Origin: Paraphysomonas bandaiensis
Taxonomy: Eukaryota; Protista; Chrysophyceae
Assembly (NCBI GenBank): GCA_965644295.1
Contig: CBFFRP010000296.1
Span: 62,001-126,000, forward strand
Direction of reading: 5' to 3'
Length of the DNA stretch: 64,000 nt
In this document: one piece after another, positions 14,651-26,143 of the stretch
How the letters are laid out: each line of letters begins with the position of its first letter
Position numbering within the stretch: the stretch's first letter is position 1
The notes under the pieces: generated by a model
Databases searched by the model: none
What the model was told of the DNA's origin: nothing
The model's input: only the letters and a program-made list of their open reading frames with translations
Made by a program: the position numbers and the translations under genes

Positions 14651-15032
14651 ATGCTGGAACAGCAGTATGGTATACTTCTGATATTATATGTGAAACCGAA
14701 ATGTAATATTTACAAATCAGAATAATATAAATCGGAAGTACTTACTTTCATTGGCTAAAAATGTTAGTTGGAGTAAACTGTATTTCGTCAAGGGACGAAT
14801 AACAGAATACATGTATTCCATATGCAGTGATTTGTACAACAGAGAATACAATAATATACCTGCTGTATACCATAGTTGTTGTTTGTAGCTTATGCCAGTG
14901 CTGGAAGTGTACACCGCACATGGATAGGGTGATAAGCTCCTGACTGAGGAGAGTCCGGGGCAGTGCAGCTCATGCATGTGGACACAGTCGAATAAAACTC
15001 TCAAACGCATTTAACTATCTCTTAACCCCCCC

Positions 15033-16472
15033 ATGTTAATGTCTCGACGAAGTATGAGGTCACCCGGACTGGCAGTATTCTTTCTGGCCTCATCTGCCTG
15101 TTACTCTCGTAACGCGAGGAGCTTCTGCTCTGCCCATACCATACCGCACAAGCCGCTAATAGTCTCCTCCGACGCGATTAAGGGAAGGCGACCATACATG
15201 GAAGATGAATTTATCGTTTCTGATGACAATCGCTTCTTTGCAGTATTTGATGGTAAGGGTTGTGGTCTTAGCATATGTTCTCTGAAGGCGTTTGGTGCAC
15301 CGACTAGGTCATGGAGGCGCCGGTGTGTCAAAGTATTTGGAACAAAACACGCTATCTAAATTGGACTCTTGCCTTCCCAAGAATAATCCCACTGAAGATT
15401 CTATTTCCAAGGCCATAGCGGATACACTATTAGCTGTTGACGGAGAGGTGGTATCTCAAAGGCGACTGTATAAACAAGGGTCCACAGCTTGCGCATTATA
15501 CTTACATTCTCCATCTGATTCCTCTCCGGCTTCAATAATAACGGCGAATATCGGTGACAGCCGAGCTGTCCTAGCACGCAAGGGATCAGCGATCGATCTC
15601 AGCGTCGACCACAAACCGAACTCACCCTCAGAGAGGAGTCGAATAGAGTCTGTAGGAGGCTATGTTAAATGGCATGGAAATTATAAACCAGACGGGAAAC
15701 CAGATGAAAATACGGGGGTGTACAGAGTTAATGGTAATCTCGCTCTTTCCCGTGCCATAGGTAAGCTTCGTACAGCTAGCTGTTGGGTGAAGTGAATTAA
15801 GTTCTCAATACGAACTGCCGCACGGGACATCATGTGGATGAATTGTGTGGAATATATTTGGTGTAACAATTTAGTGATATAGTTGGCTGTATATAGGTGA
15901 CGCTTATGAAAGGCCGGCCATGACACCCGAACCAGATATTACTGTCACCAAAGGAGATACGAATGATGACTTTGTTATAGGTATACAGTATATATACATA
16001 ATTGAATTCTTATCAGATATTTAATTCGATCGGTAGTTGCCACAGATGGATTATGGGATGTGCTCACTTCTCAGGAAGCTGTACAGCTGGTGTATGATGT
16101 AAGAGTTAATTCTGTGCCACTTTCCATTGCTAGTGCACTCGTATTATCCCACGTAATGAGTGTATATAGTTAATTGGAGAGTACAAAAAGGAACCAGAGG
16201 GTTACAGCTCATTAAGTCAGACAGACAAAGTACATTTTAAGGCCTTGCAGACGGAACAAGTCAACAAGATCAAGTCTCAGATGGCTAGGTGATTTTATAT
16301 TGTTGCAGAGAATGATTGGTTGTAAATGACATTGCAATGCATATTGTTCTGGGACATTGTTGTGACCCAGCTAACGTGTTCGTGTATATGTAGGATATTC
16401 ACTCAAATTGCACTCAAGCGAGGATCGTGGGATAACATCACTGTTCTTGTTTTATGGTTGCGTGAAGTGTAG
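15033..16472 (+). CDS. Protein phosphatase 2C (PPM family), 6 exons
   Basis: Motifs [14 protein letters not shown]|[32 protein letters not shown]|D, ATDGLWDV and GSWDNITV. Exons are approximately 15033-15252, 15309-15760, 15897-15980, 16037-16098, 16170-16288 and 16394-16472. Confidence 0.95.
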
Positions 16473-16722
16473 ACAAGTGGTGTGTAGACAAGAGACAAAC
16501 ATGTTTATATTTGTGTTTTCGCTATGCATGACGTGATTGTCTGTGCTTAATTTATTATAAAGTATTATCCACTCCCAACTCGTTCTTATTCACCTAATCG
16601 AATATATTAGTGCTAGAATATAAATGTGAACTATGTGACGTTCTTAGCGCATATAAATGAAGTATAATGAATATGGACACGTAAACCTATCACCTATCAG
16701 GTCGCTTGCGCTGCCAGTATAA

Positions 16723-17177
16723 TATAGTTGTGAATGTCTGATTGTTAGCAAGAGTCAGAACTAATGTAGCAAAAAGCAATTTAAATAACTATGCTTAACT
16801 CTGATATCCTACTATTTGGCGCTACATATAAGCTGCTTGTACGCTTGTGCGTCACCGCAAGCACCAAGGTGCAACAACTTTCGCTCTCTGTCCTTAAAGT
16901 GAACAGCCTGGATGCTTGACTGCAGTAGGCCATCCAATACCCCGGATACCCTTGAGGTGGACCCATTCGCCAAGGCCCAAAGACCAAAGACGTCTCCACA
17001 ATTGACACTAATTAGTGTTGTCTCTTGTATCACACACCACACAAGCATATGGCTATGAGTGAACAGAACAATATCTGCTGACTATACATGTGGCTCACGT
17101 TAGTTTCCTGGAGAAATATCTCCGGTACCTATCCCCCAGAACACCACAAAAAGGTGCGAGTACGACTTTGTTGAGGG
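16723..17177 (-). mobile_element. SINE-like family R1, apparently full-length copy with target-site duplication
   Basis: On the minus strand it runs 5' CCCTCAACAAAGTCG...GACATTCACAACTATA 3'. It is flanked by ccagtataa (16714-16722) and ccggtataa (17178-17186). Confidence 0.75.
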
Positions 17178-17551
17178 CCGGTATAAAGAATTCTAGAGCT
17201 AGGACAAAGCCTATTGCTCTTACAACACATGTGTTATGTGTTTCGTGTAATTTTCTCGAACTGCTGTGAAATTAACTTGTGTTAAATGGACAAAGTTCTA
17301 GTTTATATGTGTGATTCATTGTATAACACTACACTTTACAGTAGAAACTCCTAGCTCTCAGAAACGCAAAATGGACTCTACGTAGTCAGCACAATGTGAC
17401 TTAACGTGTCAACAAAATAATGGGTGATCACAAAAGTACGATACCATACTAGCGCCGTGTTCTTATTATTCAAAAACCGAGTGAAAGTACGACAATACTG
17501 CTCCGGATAATTAAACTGCTTAAAGGAAAGAAACTTCCAAGAATGGATGTA

Positions 17552-20500
17552 CTACTTTGAATTCTTACTTGTTTTTTTCGTCCCAGCAGACTTCTTTGCA
17601 CTGTTTGTCTTTGAAGTAACCGACTTTCTTGGACGACGACGTTTCTTTTTCGTAGGTTTTGGGGTACGTCGAGGGCGACGTCTCTTCTTTCTCGAAGGTT
17701 TCGGTGTTGGCTCAGGGGTGATTGCTGTGGGCGCAAATGTAGGAACAGATGAAGGTAAAGACGTAGGTACCCTCGTAGGACCCTCCAAAAATGGGATAGT
17801 TGGCCGTGGAGTAGGAACTGGCGTCGGCAAAGAAGTAGGCACAGAGGTTGGAATCGATGTAGGTGTGGATGTAGGAGTGGAAGTTGGAATGGATGTCGGA
17901 ACTGAAGTTGGAATAGATGTAGGGGTGGATGTCGGAATAGAAGTTGGCAACGAGGTTGGAATAGATGTCGGTAGAGATGTTGGACTGGATGTAGGCGTTG
18001 ACGTGGGAATGGAAGTTGGCATAGAGGTAGGAAACGATGTCGGTAGAGATGTAGGACTGGATGTCGGAATAGAGGTTGGAATAGATGTAGGATTGTTTGT
18101 TGGAACTGAAGTTGGAATAGACGTCGGAACAGACGTAGGATTGGAGGTTGGAATAGATGTAGGAGTGGAGGTTGGAATAGAAGTTGGTATAGAAGTTGGA
18201 ATTGATGTCGGTAGAGATGTTGGATTGGAGGTGGGGAATGAGGTTGGAATAGATGTCGGAATAGAGGTTGGATTAGATGTCGGAATAGATGTCGGAGTGG
18301 AGGTAGGGGTGGATGTAGGAATAGATGTAGGATTGGAGGTTGGAATAGATGTCGGTAGAGATGTAGGATTGGATGTCGGAATTGAAGTTGGAATAGATGT
18401 AGGAGTGGAGGTTGGAATAGAAGTTGGTATAGATGTAGGATTGGATGTCGGAATAGAAGTGGGCATAGAGGTTGGCATAGAGGTTGGAATAGATGTCGGT
18501 AGAGATGTAGGATTGGAGGTGGGAATAGATGTAGGATTGGAGGTGGGAAATGAAGTTGGAATAGATGTGGGGGTGGAAGTTGGATTAGTTGTCGGAATAG
18601 AAGTGGGCATAGAGGTTGGCATAGATGTAGGATTGGAGGTGGGAAATGAAGTTGGAATGGAGGTGGGAATAGAGGTTGGAATAGATGTTGGTAGAGATGT
18701 AGGATTGTTTGTTGGAACTGAAGTTGGAATAGATGTCGGTAGAGATGTAGGATTGGAGGTGGGAAATGATGTTGGAATAGATGTAGGATTGGAGGTGGGA
18801 ATAGATGTAGGAATAGAGGTGGGAATAGAAGTTGGAATAGATGTAGGGTTGGAGGTGGGGAATGATGTTGGAATAGATGTAGGATTGGACGTCGGAATAG
18901 AGGTTGGAATGGAGGTGGGAATAGATGTTGGAATAGATGTAGGATTGGAGGTGGGGAATGATGTTGGAATAGATGTAGGATTGGAGGTGGGAAATGATGT
19001 TGGAATAGATGTAGGAATGGAGGTGGGAATAGAGGTTGGAATAGATGTAGGGTTGGAGGTGGGAAATGATGTTGGAATGGAGGTGGGAATAGAAGTTGGA
19101 ATAGATGTAGGATTGGAGGTGGGAAATGATGTTGGAATAGATGTAGGAATAGAAGTTGGAATAGATGTTGGATTGGAGGTGGGAAATGATGTTGGAATGG
19201 AGGTGGGAATAGAAGTTGGAATAGATGTAGGATTGGAGGTGGGAATAGAAGTTGGAATAGATGTAGGATTGGAGGTGGGGAATGATGTTGGAATAGATGT
19301 TGGAATGGAGGTGGGAATAGAGGTTGGAATAGATGTTGGAATGGAGGTGGGAATAGAAGTTGGAATAGATGTAGGATTGGAGGTGGGAAATGATGTTGGA
19401 ATAGATGTAGGAATAGAAGTTGGAATAGATGTAGGATTGGAGGTGGGAAATGATGTTGGAATGGAGGTGGGAATAGAAGTTGGAATAGATGTAGGATTGG
19501 AGGTGGGAAATGATGTTGGAATGGAGGTAGGAATAGAAGTTGGAATAGATGTAGGATTGGAGGTGGGAAATGATGTTGGAATGGACGTCGGAATAGAGGT
19601 TGGAATAGATGTAGGATTGGAGGTGGGAAATGATGTTGGAATGGAGGTAGGAATAGAAGTTGGAATAGATGTAGGATTGGAGGTGGGAAATGATGTTGGA
19701 ATGGAGGTGGGAATAGAGGTTGGAATAGATGTAGGATTGGAGGTGGGAAATGATGTTGGAATGGAGGTGGGAATAGAGGTTGGAATAGATGTTGGAATGG
19801 AGGTGGGAATAGAAGTTGGAATAGATGTTGGAATGGAGGTGGGAATAGAAGTTGGAATAGATGTAGGAATAGAAGTTGGAATAGATGTAGGATTGGAGGT
19901 GGGAAATGATGTTGGAATGGAGGTAGGAATAGAAGTTGGAATAGATGTTGGATTGGAGGTGGGAGATGAAGTTGGAATGGACGTAGGAACCGATGTCGGA
20001 AGAGATGTGGGAAGTGATGTCGGTACACGAGTCGGGTTGGACGTAGGAACCGATGTCGGTACACGAGTCGGGCTAGAGGTAGGAACGGATGTAGGTACTG
20101 ACGTCGGAAGAGCAGTAGGGTGAGAAGTTGGTACCGCTGTCGGAATTGATGTCGGCACAGAAGTAGGTGTGGAGGTGGGTACTCGTGTTGGTCCCTCAAG
20201 GAATGGAATGGTTGGACGAGGAGTAGGGACTGGAGTAGGTTCTGGGGTTGGTCGCCGCCTCCTCCTCTTCTTTCTTGTAGGCTTGGGTGTTGGCTGTCTC
20301 TTCTTTCGGAACCTTGTTGGCCTAGGGGTACGATTTCTGCGCTTCTTTCTAGTGGGCTTCGGAGTGGGGCGGCGCTTGCGTCTTCTTCTGGTTGGTTTCG
20401 CTGTGGGTTCAGGTGTGCTCGATGATGTTGGAGCCGCAGTAGGTGTGGAGGTTGGTACTGATGTCGGAACTGGTGTGGGCACAGATGTAGGTACTGATGT

Positions 20501-20905
20501 CGGTAGAGATGTGGGAAGTGATGTAGGTACTGACGTCGGAAGAGCAGTAGGGTGAGAAGTTGGTACCGCTGTCGGAATTGATGTCGGCACCGAAGTAGGT
20601 GTGGAGGTGGGTACTCGTGTTGGTCCCTCAAGGAATGGAATGGTTGGACGAGGAGTGGGGACTGGAGTAGGTTCTGGGGTTGGTCGCCGCCTCCTCCTCT
20701 TCTTTCTTGTAGGTTTCAATGTTGGGCGTGTTCGTCTACGGCCTAGACTCCTGTGGCTGTATATGGGAGACTCATAACTTGAGAGGGAAAAGTCGTCTGG
20801 AGATGAGAGACCTCGTGACTGCACATCAACACGTGGGTAATCATCTTTAGCCAGTGTCACGTGAGGGGTTATCCAGAGCAAGATTAGTAGCTGAGATGCG
20901 ATCAT
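17552..20905 (-). CDS. Secreted mucin-like (PTSx)n protein A with poly-Arg/Lys blocks
   Basis: Intronless ORF. The likely start MIASQLLILLWITPHVTLA is a signal peptide similar to gene B's, followed by RGL/RSL motifs, KPTRKKRRRRRP blocks, well over 150 PTS[I/F/N/L/V/T/M] tetrapeptides and a basic C-terminus. Confidence 0.9.
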   Translation of the reverse strand: MIASQLLILLWITPHVTLAKDDYPRVDVQSRGLSSPDDFSLSSYESPIYSHRSLGRRRTRPTLKPTRKKRRRRRPTPEPTPVPTPRPTIPFLEGPTRVPTSTPTSVPTSIPTAVPTSHPTALPTSVPTSLPTSLPTSVPTSVPTPVPTSVPTSTPTAAPTSSSTPEPTAKPTRRRRKRRPTPKPTRKKRRNRTPRPTRFRKKRQPTPKPTRKKRRRRRPTPEPTPVPTPRPTIPFLEGPTRVPTSTPTSVPTSIPTAVPTSHPTALPTSVPTSVPTSSPTRVPTSVPTSNPTRVPTSLPTSLPTSVPTSIPTSSPTSNPTSIPTSIPTSIPTSFPTSNPTSIPTSIPTSIPTSIPTSIPTSIPTSIPTSIPTSIPTSIPTSIPTSFPTSNPTSIPTSIPTSIPTSFPTSNPTSIPTSIPTSIPTSFPTSNPTSIPTSIPTSIPTSFPTSNPTSIPTSIPTSIPTSFPTSNPTSIPTSIPTSIPTSFPTSNPTSIPTSIPTSIPTSFPTSNPTSIPTSIPTSIPTSIPTSIPTSIPTSIPTSFPTSNPTSIPTSIPTSNPTSIPTSIPTSIPTSFPTSNPTSIPTSIPTSIPTSFPTSNPTSIPTSIPTSIPTSFPTSNPTSIPTSIPTSIPTSIPTSFPTSNPTSIPTSFPTSNPTSIPTSIPTSIPTSIPTSNPTSIPTSFPTSNPTSIPTSIPTSIPTSIPTSNPTSIPTSFPTSNPTSLPTSIPTSVPTNNPTSLPTSIPTSIPTSIPTSFPTSNPTSMPTSMPTSIPTTNPTSTPTSIPTSFPTSNPTSIPTSNPTSLPTSIPTSMPTSMPTSIPTSNPTSIPTSIPTSTPTSIPTSIPTSNPTSLPTSIPTSNPTSIPTSTPTSTPTSIPTSNPTSIPTSIPTSFPTSNPTSLPTSIPTSIPTSIPTSTPTSIPTSNPTSVPTSIPTSVPTNNPTSIPTSIPTSSPTSLPTSFPTSMPTSIPTSTPTSSPTSLPTSIPTSLPTSIPTSTPTSIPTSVPTSIPTSTPTSTPTSIPTSVPTSLPTPVPTPRPTIPFLEGPTRVPTSLPSSVPTFAPTAITPEPTPKPSRKKRRRPRRTPKPTKKKRRRPRKSVTSKTNSAKKSAGTKKTSKNSK
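18560..19990. repeat. 12-bp coding microrepeat with a 60-bp higher-order period (PTSF-PTSN-PTSI-PTSI-PTSI)
   Basis: Sequence lines 19381-19740 are nearly identical at a 60-nt offset. Confidence 0.9.
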
Positions 20906-21826
20906 ACAGGAGTGGATCATGCCGCACAAAAGAATTATGACACCAGACTGCACCCTCCATTTCAATGAAATAAGTCAATAAACGAAATATTGGTGTATGT
21001 TGATAACTCAATCTGTTTCTCTGTATTTCGATTACAACTCTAGCCTGACACTCAACTGAGAAGATACGCACTTCGATGATCTTTGTTCTGTATTTACATG
21101 ACTTGGCATTCCAGTGACTAAAATTAGTGGCATTCCGTATTCAGTTTTCTACAGAATTGTGTACCATGCAAAAATATTTTGTGTGGTTTTGGTACATACA
21201 GGTTTAATGGTGCTCACAAATGCAGGGTTTTCAAAAAAGTATGAAAATCTAATTGTATATTGGTGGTATACCATGCTGTATTCCTACAGTATGTGGTGTT
21301 CGCTGTTCACCAGATGGACATACAGCAGTAGGAATTCCTAGGCAGTACAGCGTGTCGGCAGTCTGCATCATATTTTTCGGGATTAAATTGAAGCAAAACT
21401 CCTCTATATAACTTCAATACAACTACGGCTGAAATACACATAATTATTGTCTCAATATTAGAGGCATCTTGGAACAAAAATATACAAAGGATGCCGATAC
21501 GAGCATCTAGATATGATGCTCGCATTGCTAGAGAGCGATATGAGCAGCCTTATATCATAGATGCCATTGTACAGTTAGTTAAGTACAACAGTGTTATGTA
21601 TCTCATCTTCAACGAATGATGCACAGTATCGCGCACCGCGACTCGTTGCACCCTCTCGGTACGAAGCAAGAGTGTACGTGAGTATGTTAATGTATTAGCT
21701 GACATTCGATTACCGCGTAATTCAATATGAGTCCATTGGCTTACGGCACAAAGAGAGCACGTGGAATGATGTTATTCATATTTTCCTTGTGCTCATTGTT
21801 GTTGCATTGTTTACTACAAGAACAAC

Positions 21827-23971
21827 ATGCGCGCAGTCATCATTGCAGTGTTGCTCTGGATATCTCCGCACGCCGTTAAAGGCGAGGCAGATAATCCACA
21901 ATCTGATATGATATCCTCTGATACATCTCACACTGGTGGCTATGTATATCATCTAACACATGACAGTCAGAATGTACCACTGAATAGGGAACCTGAATGG
22001 GGAAGGTCTAATGATGAGCGCATATTGTGGTATCGCCGACGGAGACGACCAACACCCAAGCCTACAAGAAAGAAGAGGAGGAGGCGGCGACCAACCCCAG
22101 AACCTACTCCAGTCCCCACTCCTCGTCCAACCATTCCATTCCTTGAAGGACCAACACGAGTGCCCACCTCCACACCTACTTCGGTGCCGACATCAATTCC
22201 GACAGCGGTACCAACTTCTCACCCTACTGCTCTTCCGACGTCAGTACCTACATCACTTCCCACATCTCTACCGACATCAGTACCTACATCTGTGCCCACA
22301 CCAGTTCCGACATCAGTACCAACCTCCACACCTACTGCGGCTCCAACATCATCGAGCACACCTGAACCCACAGCGAAACCAACCAGAAGAAGACGCAAGC
22401 GCCGCCCCACTCCGAAGCCCACTAGAAAGAAGCGCAGAAATCGTACCCCTAGGCCAACAAGGTTCCGAAAGAAGAGACAGCCAACACCCAAGCCTACAAG
22501 AAAGAAGAGGAGGAGGCGGCGACCAACCCCAGAACCTACTCCAGTCCCTACTCCTCGTCCAACCATTCCATTCCTTGAGGGACCAACACGAGTGCCCACC
22601 TCCACACCTACTTCGGTGCCGACTTCAATTCCGACAGCGGTACCAACTTCTCACCCTACTGCTCTTCCGACGTCAGTACCTACATCTGTTCCTACCTCTA
22701 GCCCGACTCGTGTACCGACATCACTTCCCACATCTCTTCCGACATCGGTTCCTACGTCCAACCCGACTCGTGTACCGACATCACTTCCCACATCTCTTCC
22801 GACATCGGTTCCTACGTCCATTCCAACTTCATCTCCCACCTCCAATCCAACATCTCTGCCGACATCGGTTCCTACGTCTAACCCGACTCGTGTACCGACA
22901 TCACTTCCCACATCGGTTCCTACGTCCAACCCGACATCACTGCCGACATCGGTTCCTACGTCCAACCCGACTCGTGTACCGACATCACTTCCCACATCTT
23001 TTCCGACATCGGTTCCTACGTCTAACCCGACTCGTGTACCGACATCACTTCCCACATCGGTTCCTACGTCCAACCCGACTCGTGTACCGACATCACTTCC
23101 CACATCTCTTCCGACATCGGTTCCTACGTCCAACCCGACATCACTGCCGACATCACTTCCCACATCTCTTCCGACATCGGTTCCGACGTCCAACCCGACT
23201 CGTGTACCGACATCACTTCCCACATCTCTTCCGACATCGGTTCCTACGTCTAACCCGACTCGTGTACCGACGTCACTTCCCACATCTCTTCCGACATCTG
23301 TTCCTACGTCCAACCCGACTCGTGTACCGACATCACTTCCCACATCACTTCCGACATCGGTTCCTACGTCTAACCCGACTCGTGTACCGACATCACTTCC
23401 CACATCTCTTCCGACATCTGTTCCTACGTCTAACCCGACTCGTGTACCGACATCACTTCCCACATCTCTTCCGACATCGGTTCCGACATCTGAATCTTCT
23501 CCGGCACCATCACCTAAGCCAACTCGACGTCGGAAAAAGAGACGGCCAACACCCAAGCCTACAAGAAAGAAGAGGAGGAGGCGGCGACCAACCCCAGAAC
23601 CTACTCCAGTCCCCACTCCTCGTCCAACCATTCCATTCCTTGAAGGACCAACACGAGTGCCCACCTCCACACCTACTTCGGTGCCGACATCAATTCCGAC
23701 AGCGGTACCAACTTCTCACCCTACTGCTCTTCCGACGTCAGTACCTACATCACTTCCCACATCTCTACCGACATCAGTACCTACATCTGTGCCCACACCA
23801 GTTCCGACATCAGTACCAACCTCCACACCTACTGCGGCTCCAACATCATCGAACACACCTGAACCCACAGCGAAACCAACCAGAAGAAGACGCAAGCGCC
23901 GCCCCACTCCGAAGCCCACTAGAAAGAAGCGCCGCCGCCGCCGACGGCCTTCTCCAGTCCCGTCGCCTTGA
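21827..23971 (+). CDS. Secreted mucin-like (PTSx)n protein B with poly-Arg/Lys blocks; paralog of A
   Basis: Signal peptide MRAVIIAVLLWISPHAVKG, then ERIL followed by RRRRRP. It has three copies of the KPTRKKRRRRRPTPEPTPVPTPRPTIPFLEGPT module and a central PTSN-PTRV-PTSL-PTSL-PTSV array. Confidence 0.92.
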   Translation: MRAVIIAVLLWISPHAVKGEADNPQSDMISSDTSHTGGYVYHLTHDSQNVPLNREPEWGRSNDERILWYRRRRRPTPKPTRKKRRRRRPTPEPTPVPTPRPTIPFLEGPTRVPTSTPTSVPTSIPTAVPTSHPTALPTSVPTSLPTSLPTSVPTSVPTPVPTSVPTSTPTAAPTSSSTPEPTAKPTRRRRKRRPTPKPTRKKRRNRTPRPTRFRKKRQPTPKPTRKKRRRRRPTPEPTPVPTPRPTIPFLEGPTRVPTSTPTSVPTSIPTAVPTSHPTALPTSVPTSVPTSSPTRVPTSLPTSLPTSVPTSNPTRVPTSLPTSLPTSVPTSIPTSSPTSNPTSLPTSVPTSNPTRVPTSLPTSVPTSNPTSLPTSVPTSNPTRVPTSLPTSFPTSVPTSNPTRVPTSLPTSVPTSNPTRVPTSLPTSLPTSVPTSNPTSLPTSLPTSLPTSVPTSNPTRVPTSLPTSLPTSVPTSNPTRVPTSLPTSLPTSVPTSNPTRVPTSLPTSLPTSVPTSNPTRVPTSLPTSLPTSVPTSNPTRVPTSLPTSLPTSVPTSESSPAPSPKPTRRRKKRRPTPKPTRKKRRRRRPTPEPTPVPTPRPTIPFLEGPTRVPTSTPTSVPTSIPTAVPTSHPTALPTSVPTSLPTSLPTSVPTSVPTPVPTSVPTSTPTAAPTSSNTPEPTAKPTRRRRKRRPTPKPTRKKRRRRRRPSPVPSP

Positions 23972-25606
23972 GAGACCCATGTTGTAGGTCACAGCCGCTA
24001 GCTGTTTTAGGTAGCACACGATTGCTGTTTGCACTTTCGAATTGTTATCATCACTCTATTCCATTGTCGATTTGTCTTTTTAAACACTGACGTGCAACGT
24101 TTTTCTACTACGCAGTGATATGAGAGTATATTACCAGTGTGATAGTGAATCGAAGTGGCTAATGTTTGAATAATCCTAATAATTGATATGTTGCAATTTG
24201 GTTTAGTGAGTTGCGGTTTGTGTGCGTAAAACTGTTTTCTTATAAGCCACGAGTGTGTTGTATTGAGTACTACTATTTTGAGCAATTCAAAGCTTTACTT
24301 TAAGAGGTTTGAATTACAACCCTTGCTTGAATGATACAGTAGTTAGACACCAGATTTGCGTACCATTAACTGTATCGCAAATTAAATTAATTGTTTAAAA
24401 AATGGTAATAGCAACATATTATATATTATATATATGATCACTAATAAATGTCGCCAACTAATTCGCTGGCTTCATGTATAGCATCTTAAAGCTGTATAGC
24501 CACTGATCATAGGTACAATTCAAGTATTTGTTAGCATATAGATGTATGTACACAGGTACTTTATCATTGTTAGTCATAACTGTGTGAGAGTATAAGAGTC
24601 AGTATACACTTTAATCTCTGCGCTCAAAAGTATTACCATGTCGAAGATCGTTGGCAATATACCAGAAAAAGCACCTTCATAACGATCATATAGTATAGTA
24701 TATATATATATAGTATGTAGCCACTATTTCGGAACGAGTTTTTAACGCCTATAGCTAAAAATAAAAGACTTTCAATATATATATAGTATATAGCATCGGC
24801 TGATTGCAGATATTTGCTTAGTGGGATGTGAGTGTTTTTGAGTTGGTTGAAGCAACGCACAAGCTTGCGGTTCTTAAAAACCAAATATTCAGCAGTAGTT
24901 GCTTTTGATACAATATAGTAGTAAGTGAGAGTGGGATGCCATAAAATTACCACACCGCAGTGGTAAACTGAAATGTTAAGCTTACGGTAGAGTTTGAAAA
25001 TTCAAGTATATTGGCTTAAACGATGTTGTGTATCCGTTGTTATAATATCACGACCTGTACTATGAGTGCAAGAGTAAACTCATACAGAGGAACAGTAGTG
25101 TGTGTGTGTGTAACAATACTAGAATTGTATCATTGATGAATGGCAGTACTTATTATCTTCAGGATGGCATCGTGTATGAACTAATTTTTTCCTATTAGAG
25201 GAACTACGAAACGGGGTTTGAAAATGAAAATACAGAAAATTTCCAGTCGGGAAGGTCCAATTATAGTGAATGAATGGATAAGTGTGAACACAAAATACAA
25301 CGAAAACCACGCCAAGTCACATGCGGGTTGGTGTGACAACGTTCACGATGCTTTAACTAAAAAAATGATCCCTTGGATGGGTATACGTCAAGTGAGAAAG
25401 GTTCCGTCTCGTGCCTGGAAAAATGTGAACAAGCACTATATATATTTAAAATTAATTCTGACTCCTAAATGCCTATTCCCATCTATAGATAGCCTGTTTT
25501 TATAATGCGATTGATATAAAAGACATCTTCCTTTGATAATATTATAGTATATATATGCGATTGTAAAGCTGTAGAGCATTATATACAATCCACACTCATA
25601 CAACAA

Positions 25607-25920
25607 ATGCAAGAACTGGTGTGGCTTCGGTGGGTGTAAAGGAGCTCGGAATCGTGGTAGCGAAGCCGACTCCATTCTTTATGGATAGCTAGAGTGCAAA
25701 GGATCTTTCCGAGAATCCAGTGTATCATAAGAGGTTGAAGCATATTGACATCAAGTGTATAAGAGAGCATGTTAGTGGAAACTTTCTACACCAAAGTTGA
25801 TTCATGTATCTACGGGTGATATGGTGGCCGATATTTTTACAAAGGCATTGTCCACGAAGATTTTCAGCCGTCATGAGAAAACGATTACCGGGGTTAAGAA
25901 GAGCGTGTCAACTAGAGTGG
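25607..25920 (+). mobile_element. Ty1/Copia RNase H C-terminal remnant
   Basis: MQELVWLR / KELGIVVAKPTPFFMDS*SAKDLSENPVYHKRLKHIDIK / DMVADIFTKAL, with stops and frameshifts. Probably the same family as 1-405. Confidence 0.9.
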
Positions 25921-26143
25921 AGGAGCAGCAGAAGAAATGACCCCGAAGAGGTTAAAGGTGTGTTTTAGTGGGTGAAAATCCCACATAACTGTATATTTAG
26001 TTGACACTGCTAGTTACACATGTATGTATCTTTAAAAGATTTCACATCTATTTTACCTATGGGACAAGATAGTCCTAGCATAAAGTTTACTGTAACAGTG
26101 ATCACTGCTGTTTCGTCTCACTGCATTCTACATTGAGCGGGAG

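Noticed and set aside
17470-20631. Long alternative-frame ORFs (1053-aa H/P/F/Q-rich; 858-aa GIDV/GIEV antisense) and their equivalents over gene B
   Set aside because: They are shadows of the stop-free 12-bp repeat. Only the PTSx frame has a signal peptide and non-repetitive ends.
25218-25505. KKMIPWMG..RKVPS resembling a piggyBac DE.MIP block
   Set aside because: Catalytic acidic residues are absent and the similarity is too short to call.
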